Below, piece after piece: positions 42,125 to 53,554 of a DNA stretch of 64,000 bases. This stretch comes from Callorhinchus milii. Its lineage: Eukaryota. A program made the position numbers and the translations under genes. Under the pieces are notes generated by a model, which saw nothing but the letters and a program-made list of their open reading frames with translations, made no database searches and had not been told where the DNA came from. The stretch is from contig NW_024704746.1 in NCBI RefSeq assembly GCF_018977255.1, positions 6,014,001 through 6,078,000 of the forward strand, in the 5' to 3' direction. Position 1 is the stretch's first letter. Every line of letters begins with the position of its first letter.

Positions 42125-42450
42125 CAACAACTTGCACGTATATAGCACCCTCCACACAGGGTAGCATCTCAGTGCGCTTAACAGTGGTGGAGCCTGACTC
42201 TGAGCTGGAGGGGGGAGGTGGCGCAAGCATGGTCGAAGAGGAAGGTTTTTAGGCGGGACTTGAAAATGGGGGAGGGGGCAAGGCGGAGGGATTGAGGGTG
42301 AGTGTTCCAGAGGTTTGGGGTGTAGTGGCTGAAAGCATGACCTCCAATGGTGGGGCAGAGAGTGCAAGTGAAGAGCAGGAGCCCAGTGCCAGTCGAGCGG
42401 AGTCGCCGGGTGATGGAATGGGGAGTGAGGAGGAGGTCAGAGAGGTGTCT
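42125..42450 (-). mobile_element. L2 3' fragment (same family as 16985-17450)
   Basis: GGHAFSHYTPNLWNTHPQSLRLAPSPIFKSRLKTFLF and the same tail. Confidence 0.85.
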
Positions 42451-43152
42451 ACTGTCATCCTGGCTAAGAACAACTAGCACTGCACAATCCTGGATTTTTC
42501 TTTGTGTGTATAGCTCAATTTCACACAGGCCAGTGACTTTACCAACAAAGGAAAATCTGTATTTAGAAACTTCAATTAGAATATTTTCTTGGAGGTGCAA
42601 CATGAATGGGTCTGGTCTGAGAATATCAGATGAATACCAGGTTCTCAGGATGAAATACTGCCACACTGTTTTATATTGTAGTGATTTTAATATGTTTTCC
42701 TGTGGACCCACCCAACATCCCCCAGCAAAATTCCACTCTCACATCAAATTGCTTCAAAATGTAATATGGTCAAGTGGCAGGGACCTTGATACAATGTCTT
42801 CAGGCTCTATAACTAACATCTGCCCTCAACATTGACTGTTCTTAAAAGTAACAAGAAAATAGAACCAAAAAAACAATTTGGATTTGTAGCGCAGTGTTTG
42901 TGAAAGTATTGAAAGCAGCTGTTCAGCTGGATGCCCATGGGATAAATGCTTGTGGCAAATTGCATTCCTGCTTTAACATGCCTTTTAACCCTCTCCCCCA
43001 TAGTCGTTTGTCCCCATCTTTTTTAGACAACCGTATAATGGATAGAGAGAGTGAATATTTAGAGTTTATTGAGGCATTGTACCCAAGTTATACTGAAAGT
43101 AATGCCCACTCCAGAGTCATTCATGGCATTATCACTTATCATAAACTGTATA

Positions 43153-43345
43153 ATCCTTTCATTTGATATATAGCCTTAATACATCATCGAGACGTCTCAA
43201 AGCATTTCACAAGATTTTACTGTGAAGTGGAGCGACAATATTGGGATTTCAATGTCCACCTGAACAGACAATCAGTGCTTAGTTTATCATCTCATCAAAA
43301 GGATGACACCTTCAACTAGAGCAGCACTACCCCAACACTGAATAG
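43153..43345 (-). mobile_element. Deu-domain SINE fragment
   Basis: Tail plus gggatttcaatgtccacctgaacag...ctcatcaaaaggatgacacc. Confidence 0.6.
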
Positions 43346-43625
43346 GAGTACACTTTAGGAGTAAAGGAAAAGGAACAGAGAAATAGGATTTGATTGCATA
43401 CATAGCTCCAGTAGGAGGGAACAACCAAAAACAGACCTAATTGGCTGAATTGCCATCCATACTAAAATTTCTATCATTCAAATCTGGCAAGAGGAGCGCA
43501 TACAATCCTTTGTTCATTCCTTCCTTCTCTACCCAATTTCCTGCTGCCATCTACACAACTTATTGTGCCTTCTAACTTTGTGACATCTGCAAATTTGGAT
43601 ATACAACTCTATTCCTTCCTCCGAT

Positions 43626-43806
43626 CAGGGTGGTCCAACCTTTTGGCTGCGGAGGGCCTGAGAAATGTTTGCAGGCAGCATAAGCAATATTTTTGTGTTT
43701 CCCTTCCAGAAGTATAACATTTATGAGTTATGGAGGGAACGGGTGGGCCAGATGAAATGGAGGGTGGGGGAGTGGGGCGGGTGATATCGGCCAGTGGGCC
43801 GCCCTG
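43626..43806. mobile_element. hAT-like MITE
   Basis: Ends CAGGGTGGTCCAAC ... GTGGGCCGCCCTG. The left end recurs inverted at about 36875-36906. No clear 8-bp TSD. Confidence 0.5.
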
Positions 43807-44045
43807 ATCCAAGTCATTTATATATATGATATATGGTGAAAAGCTGAGTCCCCAGTACAGATCCCTGGGGAACACCCCTTGTCACATCTCGCCAGTTAGA
43901 GAACATTCCCTTTATCCCTACTCTCTGTCTCCTGCCTCCCAACCAATAACCAAGCCATGCACTTTATTTTTTTGCGAATAATTTCTTGTGCTGAACCTTA
44001 TCAAATGTCTTCTGAAAATTCAATTAGACAATATGCATAGACATG
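43807..44045 (-). mobile_element. CR1 LINE reverse transcriptase fragment
   Basis: Reverse complement gives GVPQGSVLG and, in another frame, IYINDLDQG, characteristic of CR1 RT. Confidence 0.75.
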
Positions 44046-44932
44046 AAGCTAGGATAGTGGCTTATGCATCACTTAAATTAAGACAATGTTTTAAAAACTG
44101 CTTTTGAAGAAAGTTATGACTGAGTACAATCTGTGATCAACACTGAGTATCTAGCCACAGTTTATTAATTTTATTGAACGGGATGAATGAAAACGAATAT
44201 CTAATTATCAGTATAACTCTGCAAATCTATTAATATGTGTATTTTTCATCTATCTGTTGATTAACTTATCTTTCTGCTTTTTGTCTCTGTTTGTCTTTCT
44301 GTGTAGCTATGCAACTGTTTATCTGTTGGACTGTCTAGCTATTTATTTGTTGGTTTGATTCTGCCTATCTCTCCATCTGTCCATCAACCATCTCCACATG
44401 TCTTATTTGGTTTCTCTATCTCACAATGTGTCACCTAGCTCCTTATTCATTTGTGTATGCATCTTTTTTCTGCCTGTGTTTAGACTACAGGTCGATCTGT
44501 ATATCTCATCTATCTATCATCTTATAGATCTCCTCTCTGTCTCTTTGTCAGATTACGTTGATTCAATCTTGGCCTTCTGCTTAATTCCTAGTTGGGTTTC
44601 AAAATGCACTCAGTCCATTGCTTTGACTACCTTTTCCTATCTGTGGAATTTTGCCACTTACACCCTATCCCTACTCCTTCTGGTGCTAATATCCTTGTTT
44701 ATACCTTTGTCACCTTGAGGCTAAACTTTCCAATGATCTTCCTTGCCGGCCTCCCTACCTCTCCCTTCCACAAGCTCTAAATTCAACCAAAACTCTGTGT
44801 TTAAAATAGGAGACATGTCAGTTTCCACACACCCACTGCTCCCATCATCACCAAGCTCCACTGGCTCTCAGCGAATTCAGCGAATTCTTTTCCTGACCTT
44901 CTAATCACTTTATGGTCTCCTGCAACCTATGC

Positions 44933-45133
44933 CTCCAAAAAACAAAAACAATAATTAAATTGGTCATTTTCAATCTATGACTGTTTGTGGGACATTGCTG
45001 TGCGCAATTGGCTGCTGCGTTCGCCCACAAATATACAGTCAACTTACTTTACAGTATATTCTGTGAAGTGCTTTGGGACGTCCTCCTGACGTGAAAAGCG
45101 CTATATCAAATGCAAGGATTATTATTATTATTA
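44933..45133 (+). mobile_element. 5'-truncated SINE, short subfamily
   Basis: Same body and (att)n tail as 9346-9663, head absent. Confidence 0.88.
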
Positions 45134-45635
45134 TGCCATTCTCTTAGCTCTGCTAATTTTGTTCTGTTCCTCATTTCTCACTCACTGAGAAGATGGTGGC
45201 TAAACCACAATGGCCTTGCCCTTTGGAAATCTTTCATTTGTTTCTTCCCTAGTTACCTGAAAATTCTCCTAAAAATAGCTCTTTGACTTTGCTTTTCAAT
45301 TAATTTCCTCCTCCTTTCTTCCTGCTCACTATCTTTATTAAGCACTTTGAGATTTTAAACTTAAATGGAAGGCCCTATATAAATAAAAGTTTTTCTCCCT
45401 ATTTTTCTGTCAGTCATTCTGTGCATCGCCCTGCTAATCTGTTTATCAGTTAGCCTGAACCACTGGCTTCCACCTGAATCTTAATGCAATGCAATCTGTG
45501 AAAAAACAAATGTTGACCCATAAGTCTGAATTTCAATAGGTTGAGTGAAGCTTACAGTAAATGATCAATGTTTTCTTAGTTGAAAATTAAGGTCTTTTAT
45601 TTATCCATTATTTTTGTCAATGTCGTATGACTTAC

Positions 45636-47006
45636 CTTTGCTTTCATCTCCGTTGTGTGACCTGTGGTCCCTGTGCTGCTTCAGTTTAACCTTTGTAAAC
45701 CGTCTGCTTATGGGCCTTTTTGCATTGGTGGTGGTTCTGGTGGTTGCGGGAGTTGTAGTAGTAGTTGGGGTAGTGGGCCTTTGAGTGGTGGTGGAAACTG
45801 CAGTGGTCAGAGGGATCGTGGTGGAGGGGATCGTGGTGGAGGGGATCGTGGTGGAGGGGATCGTGGTGGAGGGGAGCAGGGTGGTGGGGAGCGGGGTGGT
45901 GGGAACTGCGGTGGTCAGAGGGATCGTGGTGGTGGGGATCGTGGTGGTGGGGAGCGGGGTGGTGGGAACTGCGGTGGTCAGAGGGATCGTGGTGGTGGGG
46001 AGCGGGGTGGTGGGGAGCGGGGTGGTCAGAGGGATCGTGGTGGTGGGGAGCGGGGTGGTCAGAGGGATCGTGGTGGTGGGGAGCGGGGTGGTCAGAGGGA
46101 TCGTGGTGGTGGGGAGCGGGGTGGTCAGAGGGAGCGGGCTGGTGGGGAGCGGGCTGGTGGGGAGCGGGCTGGTGGGGAGCGGGCTGGTGGGGAGCGGGCT
46201 GGTGGGGAGCGGGCTGGTTGGGGTGATGGTGGTGGGTATAGTGGTGGTGGCAGAAGTGGTGATGTGCATCATGGTGGTATTGGCTACAGGCATGCCAGTG
46301 GTTGCAGTAGAACTAGTAGTCACAGTGGTGTTGTGAGCCATGGTAGTCACATGTACAGCGGTCACAGGAGTTGTGTTGGTTGCAGTAGTGATGTGAACCA
46401 CACTGGTCACAGGGACACTTGAGGCTGCAGTCATCATACTGGTGATACGGGTTTTGGAGGTCACAGAGATGGTGGTTGGAAGTGTGGTCATTGTAAAAGT
46501 TGCAGCAGGAGATGAGGTGTAAGCTGTGGCATCAATTGTGGTCAGAGACGCAGGAATTGTGAGGGAAGAAGGTCTTGCGTTAGTGGAATTTTTAACGGTT
46601 GCTGTGAGGCTTGTATTGGTTGCAGTGGCAATTGCATTGATTACAGTTGCATTCATTGTAGTTCCATTGGTTCCGACGTCTGTTGCATTGGTTCCGACAT
46701 CAGTTGCATTGGTTGCAGTGGTAGTTAGAATGCTTACTGAAAGAGTTGTCGTCATATTGGTGTTGGTAATATTGGAGAAAAGAGAAACATTAGGAGTTGT
46801 AGGTGATTCTCTGAGAATTGCTGTGGTAGCAGTGGTAGGTGTAGTATTCTTTGCCTTCAATGTTGTTGCTTTCGTAAGACTAATTCTTGGTAGTTTCACC
46901 ACCGAAGCTGGTACCCGAAAAGCAGTGATGTCAGATTCAGTATGCTTAACAAGCTGATCTCCAACAAACAGGCGTATTGAATCCTCACCACTGGCAAAAT
47001 CATCTT
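45636..47006 (-). CDS. OLFML2B: OLFML2B exon 6 (expanded Thr/Pro/Ser mucin-like linker)
   Basis: ctgtaaacag|AA ... AAA G|gtaagt; 1371 nt, phase 1-1, open throughout. Starts EDDFASGEDSIRLFVGDQLVKH (human DEFFSGDNGVDLLIEDQLLRH), then a long T/P-rich tract. Confidence 0.9.
45788..46222 (-). repeat. Coding minisatellite (15/18/33-bp units) in OLFML2B exon 6
   Basis: Near-perfect arrays encoding (PTSPL)x5, alternating PLTTPL/PTTTI/PLTTAV/PTTPL, and (PSTTI)x4. Confidence 0.95.
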
Positions 47007-47859
47007 CTGTTTACAGAAAGAGGAAGAAAGTGTTAAATTTAACTCAATACTTGGGAATTATTGTCATATGATTGGTGAAATACAGTAAATAAACAGTATA
47101 ATTAGATCATGGCCATAGTCAATGTTTTATTAACTTTCATTGGCTGTAGATTATCATTGGATGAGAGTAATTTCACTTGATTCCTTTCCCAGTTAGACTT
47201 ACGCAAGAGCAGTTAAGGAGGCATTGTTAAATTTCTGATTCTTGTGTCCATCTTCCCAGAATTGAACATTGCATTCAATGAGACAAACTACTGGCGTCTG
47301 TAAACAAATAAATAATGTTTGCTTTTGATGTAGCTCCTTTCACATCAGATGTACACATCAAAGGGCTTCACAGGATTCATTGTAAAGTGTAGTAAGTGTA
47401 TTTGTAGGTCAGTGAGGCAGCCAGTTGGCACACAGCAACATCCTACAAACAGTCATGATGTGAGTGGCCAATTTTGATTGTTGGTCAGGCCACCAAGAGA
47501 AACTCCCTTGAAGAAAATGCCTTTAAATTCCTTTGTAACTACAGTACATCACATTTTCTAAGCATGCCAGTGATTCTAGTGGTAGTTGTGCTAAATTTTA
47601 ATTTAATTGTTGTGACTGGCTCTTCAATTTGAGATCTTTGATACATTTATGTAATACAGTTAGAAGGTCAACTATTCAGTCAATTGGATCCTTGGAACCA
47701 ATTGGAGCAGTTGTGTAGGAGGACGAGAGCAAGTCACCTACCCTGCCCCATGGACCAGAGTATGGCATGTGGTGAGACAAGTACAAACATGCTGCAAATA
47801 AAGATTCACCACCACACATGCATCCACACAATAAATGGGAAGTTGCACTGTGCACGTAC

Positions 47860-48067
47860 CGGGATCATCTCTGTCCTCCAGGGGTTTTGCTTTGTAGTAT
47901 GTTGTGCGGATAATGGTCGGTGCTTGGGATGTCTTATTCCTGTGGTGACGATTCTCCATCCACTTCAGTGCCAAGTTCAATGGAGAAGGATGCTGGTTGG
48001 AACCTTTACCACTTGTTATTTTGATATTGTTGTCTCTGTCAGAAATCTGCTCCCCTATGTATTTTTC
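47860..48067 (-). CDS. OLFML2B: OLFML2B exon 5
   Basis: T-run then aaaaaag|GAA ... CCC G|gtacgt; 208 nt, phase 0-1; EKYIGEQ...PTIIRTTYYKAKPLEDRDDP (family motif IRG.TYYKA). Acceptor position less certain. Confidence 0.82.
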
Positions 48068-48943
48068 CTTTTTTAAAAAAAAACATAATCGAAGAAAGAG
48101 TTGAAAGGGCTAGACTGCAGGGAACTCTGCAAGCTAGAATGCACCACCTTTTTTGTTTCTGCCCAATCTCAAAAGTCTACCTTTTGATTCAGGTTAACAT
48201 AAACCTCCCACCACCTCATTCCAAAGAAACCTGATCTGATTTTGTTTGTTATTTGTCATATTCCTCCCCAGGTGAGATTGCCAGCAGCACAAAAAACATC
48301 TCCAAACAGTAGCTGCTCCCGCCATTTGGAATATTGGGCTAACTGGTGGGACAATGGTGGTGGATGCCCACAAGTGTGGAATCATGGCTTTCCATGGATC
48401 ATAATAAGACATCGGGGGAATTGATTGGAGGATACAAGGAGCATCAGTACCAATTGCTGATTCTTTTGCCTGGACACTAACCTGAAGGACCACCTTGAAC
48501 CTTGTGAACTCCAGATTTATTCACGAGATTCACAATCTTATGAATAGATCTAGAACCATTTTGATCAATACAGCGCTGTCTCATTCCTTAAGAGGCATTC
48601 ACTAATTGCACTGTCAATATGCTTTTCTGTCCTGCATTGAAGCTGTGTGGAGCTTATTTCGCACATCATTTTAGGTTACTGGCATGGAAATGTTATTGTT
48701 CCTGATTGCAAGTAATCTGAATTAGTATCACTATTAGGTTAGTGGCTTGACAACTTAGCCCTTTTAAACTGCTCCTGTCCATTCTGGAGCTCTCACTGTT
48801 TCATGGAAGGTGCTGGAAGTACAAAAAATTTACTCCTACTTTTCATGTTCCCTCCATGCTTTGCTCCATTTTGATAGTCTGCATTGCTGCCATATTCAAA
48901 TAGCTGAACAAAGAGCCAGATGTCTGGCTCCTTTGTCTCTTAC

Positions 48944-49123
48944 CTCAGACTGGGCATAAATCGCTGCTGCATCTCTCTGTAGGACGTTTATGTTAATGCC
49001 GCTAATTTGTTCACTTGTGTTGGTCTGAACCTTTGTACGGTTTTCCTTTTTCTCTGTCAGATTCAAAACATTGTTGTCAACTCTTCCATGTTCGTCTTGC
49101 TCAGAGATATCTACTGCTGAAGC
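48944..49123 (-). CDS. OLFML2B: OLFML2B exon 4
   Basis: tctccag|GCT ... GAG|gtaaga; 180 nt, phase 0-0; ends LQRDAAAIYAQSE (human LQRDAAAAYAHPE). Confidence 0.9.
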
Positions 49124-50175
49124 CTGGAGAAAGGAGGGATCAGTTGGACAATACAACAGTGTTGGGCATCTCCTTCTTACTCTCATTTTTCTATTTCTTT
49201 AATTTCACTTTTAAGGTTAAACTTGAATTGATAAGAAATCAATTAAAAGACAAAGAAAACCACATTAAAAGGTCTAGATGTAAAGCACAAACGTGAAATA
49301 GAAACAGGAAAATACTGGAAAGGCACAATAGCTTGCTCAGCATCTAAATGGAAAGATTATTTCAGGTGAAGGATCACATCAGACAAATTTTCATTTTCAT
49401 TTTCAGGTGCTGATCACTCAAATGTGAATCATTATCTTTCATTTCCTGTTATCAAGTTTTGTTATGGAAATTTTCTTGCCAAATTGTGGATATTTTTCTG
49501 AATTGTGCAAGTGGAACTGAAATATTCTCTTGTCACTCTTGTCATGCCAACTTCCTGCTTATCAGCCTTCCCAACTCTTCCCTCCACAAGCTGCAGATCA
49601 TCCAGAACTGACTCCAGCGCTTTGGGACGTCCTCCCGACGTGAAAGATGCTATATAAATATAATTTGTTGTTGCTGTCAATTCCTCCATGACTTGTGTTG
49701 GAAAACACTTGGTACAGGAGTAGGAGATTTTCTGTGAGATGCTATCATACACCGTAACTGAAATAATCAGTTTATTCTGTTGGAAGTGAAACAACATTGC
49801 TTCCAGTGTAAAGCAATAATGAGCAGAAAGCCTAATTTATATTATCCATTCATAATTGCACCAGCTGAGGAGAGGTCTGTTACTAATTGGAATCACCCAA
49901 AAATCTTTAAGGGAAAAAGTCTGAGTGAATCAATAAGCTGCCTCCTTGTCTCACCAGTCATGCTCCACCGCAGTTTGTTTTTGGATCGTCCTGCTGAATC
50001 CTAATTTATACTGCAATTTCCTCAATTAATCTTTGCAAAAGGCACAGAATATACCAGCACAAATGATTGTGGCCTCTTGAAAGAAAATCTTTCTTGCGGC
50101 ATCCCAACCGTGAGTCACAAAGGTAAAAACAAAGACAAAAGTCTGTCTAAAGTCACCTTTAGCTACGAGACCTAC

Positions 50176-50283
50176 CTCTTCCAGTTTCTCAATGCGCTTG
50201 TTGAGTTTGGATGTAATAGTCTGTAACTTCAAGAGGTCCAGACCAAAGAAGGCACCTTCCAGCATGTCCAACAAAGAGGAGAG
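50176..50283 (-). CDS. OLFML2B: OLFML2B exon 3 (coiled-coil region)
   Basis: ttttcag|CTC ... GAG|gtaggt; 108 nt, phase 0-0; [36 protein letters not shown]. Confidence 0.93.
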
Positions 50284-50889
50284 CTGAAAATGATTGAAAC
50301 TTTGTAACAATGGATACAAAAATATTAGACTTTCAATACAAAAATGAACATTGTGTCTGTCTGATTTTCTAAACCAAGAAACTGAGTTGAATCATCCAAT
50401 GTTCAGAACATCACTAAGATTAAATAGAGTCTCAAAAAAGATGAGATACATTTAGACTTGGTTTGGTGATGCCAAGCAGTTAGTCTGAGATTATATAAGT
50501 AATTACTTTCACAATTAATGATTTGTAAAGCATTCTGAGATGTTATTTTATGTGAAAGGCACTCCACAAGTGCAAGGTGGTGGTGGTGGAAGAGTGTTTT
50601 TGTCAATTTTGCTCTCCTGTAGATAATTCACTTCAGAGCTGTTTGTGGGACATTGCTGTGCATACATTGGGGTTTCTGTTTCATCACAATAAGGCATTAT
50701 ATCAAATGTAAGGATTATAAAGCTACTAATCCTTGTTAGGATACAGTACCACAGGAACTAGTAGCCATAGCCCTACTAGTCCAAATGTCTTCCTTTTATA
50801 ATGCTGGACAATGTGTGAAGGCAAGGCAATTAAGCGTTAATTAAGCAATCGCAGCTGATATCTGTCCTCACCCAACAATATGTACCTTG

Positions 50890-51119
50890 AACAAAACACG
50901 AAATACTGCAGATGCCGGAAATCTGAAACAAAAACAAGTCATTGGGAACGCTCAGCAGGTCAGGCAGCATCTATGGAGCAAGGAAAGTGAGTCAACGTTT
51001 CGGGTCCACGACCCTTCGTCAGAATGGTTTTGACAAAGGGTCATGGACCCGAAATGTTGACTCACTTTCCTTTCTCCATAGATGCTGCCTGACCTGCTGA
51101 GTGTTCCCAGCGACTTCTG
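50890..51119. mobile_element. Palindromic Penelope-like (PLE) terminal repeat element
   Basis: Inverted arms 50936-51024 and 51028-51116 with a 3-nt loop (ctcagcaggtcaggcagcatctatggag...ctccatagatgctgcctgacctgctgag). Contains the CTGANGA...GAAAC motif typical of PLE repeats. Confidence 0.7.
50989..51026 (-). ncRNA. Minimal type I hammerhead ribozyme-like motif (probably degenerate)
   Basis: Minus strand reads CUGACGA-A-GGGUC-gug-GACCC-GAAAC-GUU: intact core, 5-bp stem II, palindromic AACGUU in place of stem III. Stem I pairing is weak. Confidence 0.4.
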
Positions 51120-51156
51120 AATATGTAGCTTGAGTTCACGTGTGCTTGCAACAAAC

Positions 51157-51418
51157 CTTAAATCCGTTCTTGGTTCCCCCTGGAGTTGTTTCAGTTTGTT
51201 CTCTGCATCACAGGGGTTGAGAACCGAAGGTGGAGCCACGCAAGCGCATTTACAGTGGGGTCCCGAGTTTATGGTCTCCACAGTGTAGACATCCTCCGGT
51301 TTAGCTCTACCTTCATTGATCCTCTGACAGGCCTCCTTGCTCAGGGGTCTGAGCACACACTTACAGCGGCAATCCGAGCCCTCGGACACGGCCTTCACCT
51401 TATAATATTCCCCAAAAG
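51157..51418 (-). CDS. OLFML2B: OLFML2B exon 2 (Cys-rich N-terminal domain); apparent frameshifts at both ends
   Basis: Acceptor cctctag|CTTTTGGGG, donor AAG|gtttgt. Internal frame [29 protein letters not shown]...[15 protein letters not shown] is typical OLFML2B. Length is 262 nt rather than the 264 needed between two phase-0 exons. Confidence 0.85.
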
Positions 51419-52075
51419 CTAGAGGCAAGGAAATAAGTAATTACACCTCGTGCCTGGGAGAGATCCATGTAAAGTTTGTTTTATCATTAATCTGAATTGA
51501 TCACAGTTATTATATAACACAATAATTATATTGTTAGTTTTTTTTTACCGCTTTGAACATTGCCAACTAAATCAAACGTATCTGCAGAGTGAAGAACAAC
51601 TCCAATGAAACAACCACCCTGTCGATAATTCAAAAGCGCTTTATGATTGAAAGACACAACTTTTTGTTTAAAAATAAAAGCAAGAACATGCCAAGAAAAT
51701 CATCTGTTATTGTGGAGACTCGCTTAGTTATCAACCCAGCCTCGATAACATCTATCCCATGTGGAGTTTGATTCCCTTTCCAAAAAAATTGGAAGTGAAA
51801 ATTGGGGAAGATGAAAGACTCCATAAAAGTGCTAGACATGCATCTTTCTGTGTACACTTAGAAGGTTGCAAATTGTTGCATTTGATATCTGCTTATCTCA
51901 GCCTGTCTTCAACCAGCAAATACGTCGGTTTGGCTGTATCTGTGTCTGTCTGGACATTGCTGAATGTTTCAGATCAGAGATGTAACTGGTGTTTGCAACC
52001 GCAGTTTACTCAACTCATGGCATCATTATGCTGGTTGTGTCCCGCCTGCTGCACAACGCAAACTATTTTTGTTAC

Positions 52076-52261
52076 CTGTTTTAAGATGCTTTCGTGTTTC
52101 TCCAGTTCATTTGCCTGTGCTTCCACCTTAGTTTCATCTTTCAGCTCTTCCCAAAGATAATTCAGATTTTTCAGATGTTTCCCAGTGATGTTCGGGAGCC
52201 GACTGTCCACAGTCACACCTCCACACAGAACACAACTCAAGAGCCAGACTGCAATAAGCAT
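52076..52261 (-). CDS. OLFML2B: OLFML2B coding exon 1 (signal peptide)
   Basis: ATG at 52261. Hydrophobic N-terminus MLIAVWLLSCVLCGG; ends ...KDETKVEAQANELEKHESILKQ (cf. human EDETLQNEADNQENVLSQ). Donor CAG|gtaaca, phase 0, 186 nt. Confidence 0.88.
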
Positions 52262-52631
52262 CTCAGCAACTGGGAAAGGACAGAGCTCAGCTCAGTCAGT
52301 CTTTGGAGGAAGAATCCGGTTGAAGTTATATTGCAGAAATCGCGAATCACAGACAACTACTTGCTCCCACTGGCTGTACAGCGACAATATTCCAGATCTC
52401 CAGAAAAATCAAAGCTCAACATCCAGTTGCAGGATTGAAGTAGTCCAGATTCTTCAGGGCAACATGAAGGACTTGCTTTTTTTATGTGGGGTCCATACGT
52501 AGAGAGGAGAGAAACAGCACTGTGTGTGTGTGAAGGCTTCAGTGCTTATGGTTGCAGATTGGAGAGCAAAGCCATGTCTGTGAATAAACTCTAGGAGGAG
52601 TTTTCCTGCTGCAGGAGGCTGGAATAACAAA

Positions 52632-52673
<42 letters not shown>
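52632..52673. repeat. Compound (CT)n(CA)n microsatellite upstream of the OLFML2B ATG
   Basis: About 10 CT units followed directly by about 10 CA units, about 370 nt upstream of the ATG. Confidence 0.95.
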
Positions 52674-52674
<1 letters not shown>

Positions 52675-53237
52675 CTAAATTAAAGAAATACAATGAAGAA
52701 CCGCCAGTGCAGAAAATCTGACGTTTTGGAGAAAAGAAAGAAATGTTTTGAAGAAATTCATTCCTGTTCAGAACGAGCAAAGATCCACCCAGTCAGGAGC
52801 AGCCCTTGAGAAGGCATTTGAGAGGTATTCCAAATGGATCGTAACTCTTAAACAGGCACATGGATAACTTTTATTAACTTGAATTAGAGCTATAGTGTGA
52901 ATGTCTGATGAAAACCCATTAACTACGTGTTGACCTGATGCAGCCAGGTGCCTTTTTCCAACAGTTGGAGGGAGTCACAACCATCAAGAGTGGTCTTACA
53001 TCTCCCTCTAGTGACTGCTGGGGACCCTGACAGAGACCTGGGAGGAGGTTACCTAAAGCTCTTGCAGGTGGAAATAATTAGCCACCAGGCAGATATGGGT
53101 CAGGAAAAGAGGACAGAAAAAGTAAATACTCTACCTGTGAAGACGAGGTAAATCGAAGAGGCAGTTTCTATATGTAATCAATGGTCAGCAACAATGGTAT
53201 CATTGTTTTTGGTGATTTCTGGATGAGACATGAACTT

Positions 53238-53554
53238 TAATAACAACAATAATAATCCTTGCGTTTGATATGGTGCCTTATCACGTCTTTGAGACGTCTC
53301 AAAGCGCTTCGCAGGATATGCTGTAAAGTGAATTTACTGTATATTTTGTGGAGGAATAACTCTATGTTCTTCAAATTAATGTCGTGGAATTGTTAACGTT
53401 ACTCCAGAACAGGCAAATGGGGCTTCAGTTCAGTATTTCTCCCACAAAATACACAGTCAATTCACTTTACATTGTATTCTGCGAAGCACTTTAAGGCATC
53501 ACAACAACACGATAAAACGCTATATCAAATGCAAGGATAATTATTATTGTTGTT
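53238..53554. repeat. Inverted pair of SINE 3' ends
   Basis: Minus copy 53238-53352 and plus copy 53441-53554, with an approximately 90-nt spacer. Confidence 0.8.

Noticed and set aside
45664-46957. Long + strand ORFs (Gly/Arg-rich 252 aa, Val/Gly-rich 183 aa and 143 aa)
   Set aside because: Antisense shadows of the stop-poor mucin repeat in OLFML2B exon 6; no independent splice or start evidence.
49290-49450. Further possible palindromic/PLE remnants (also about 1955-2045 and 38920-39050)
   Set aside because: Too degraded to define arms or a ribozyme core by eye.
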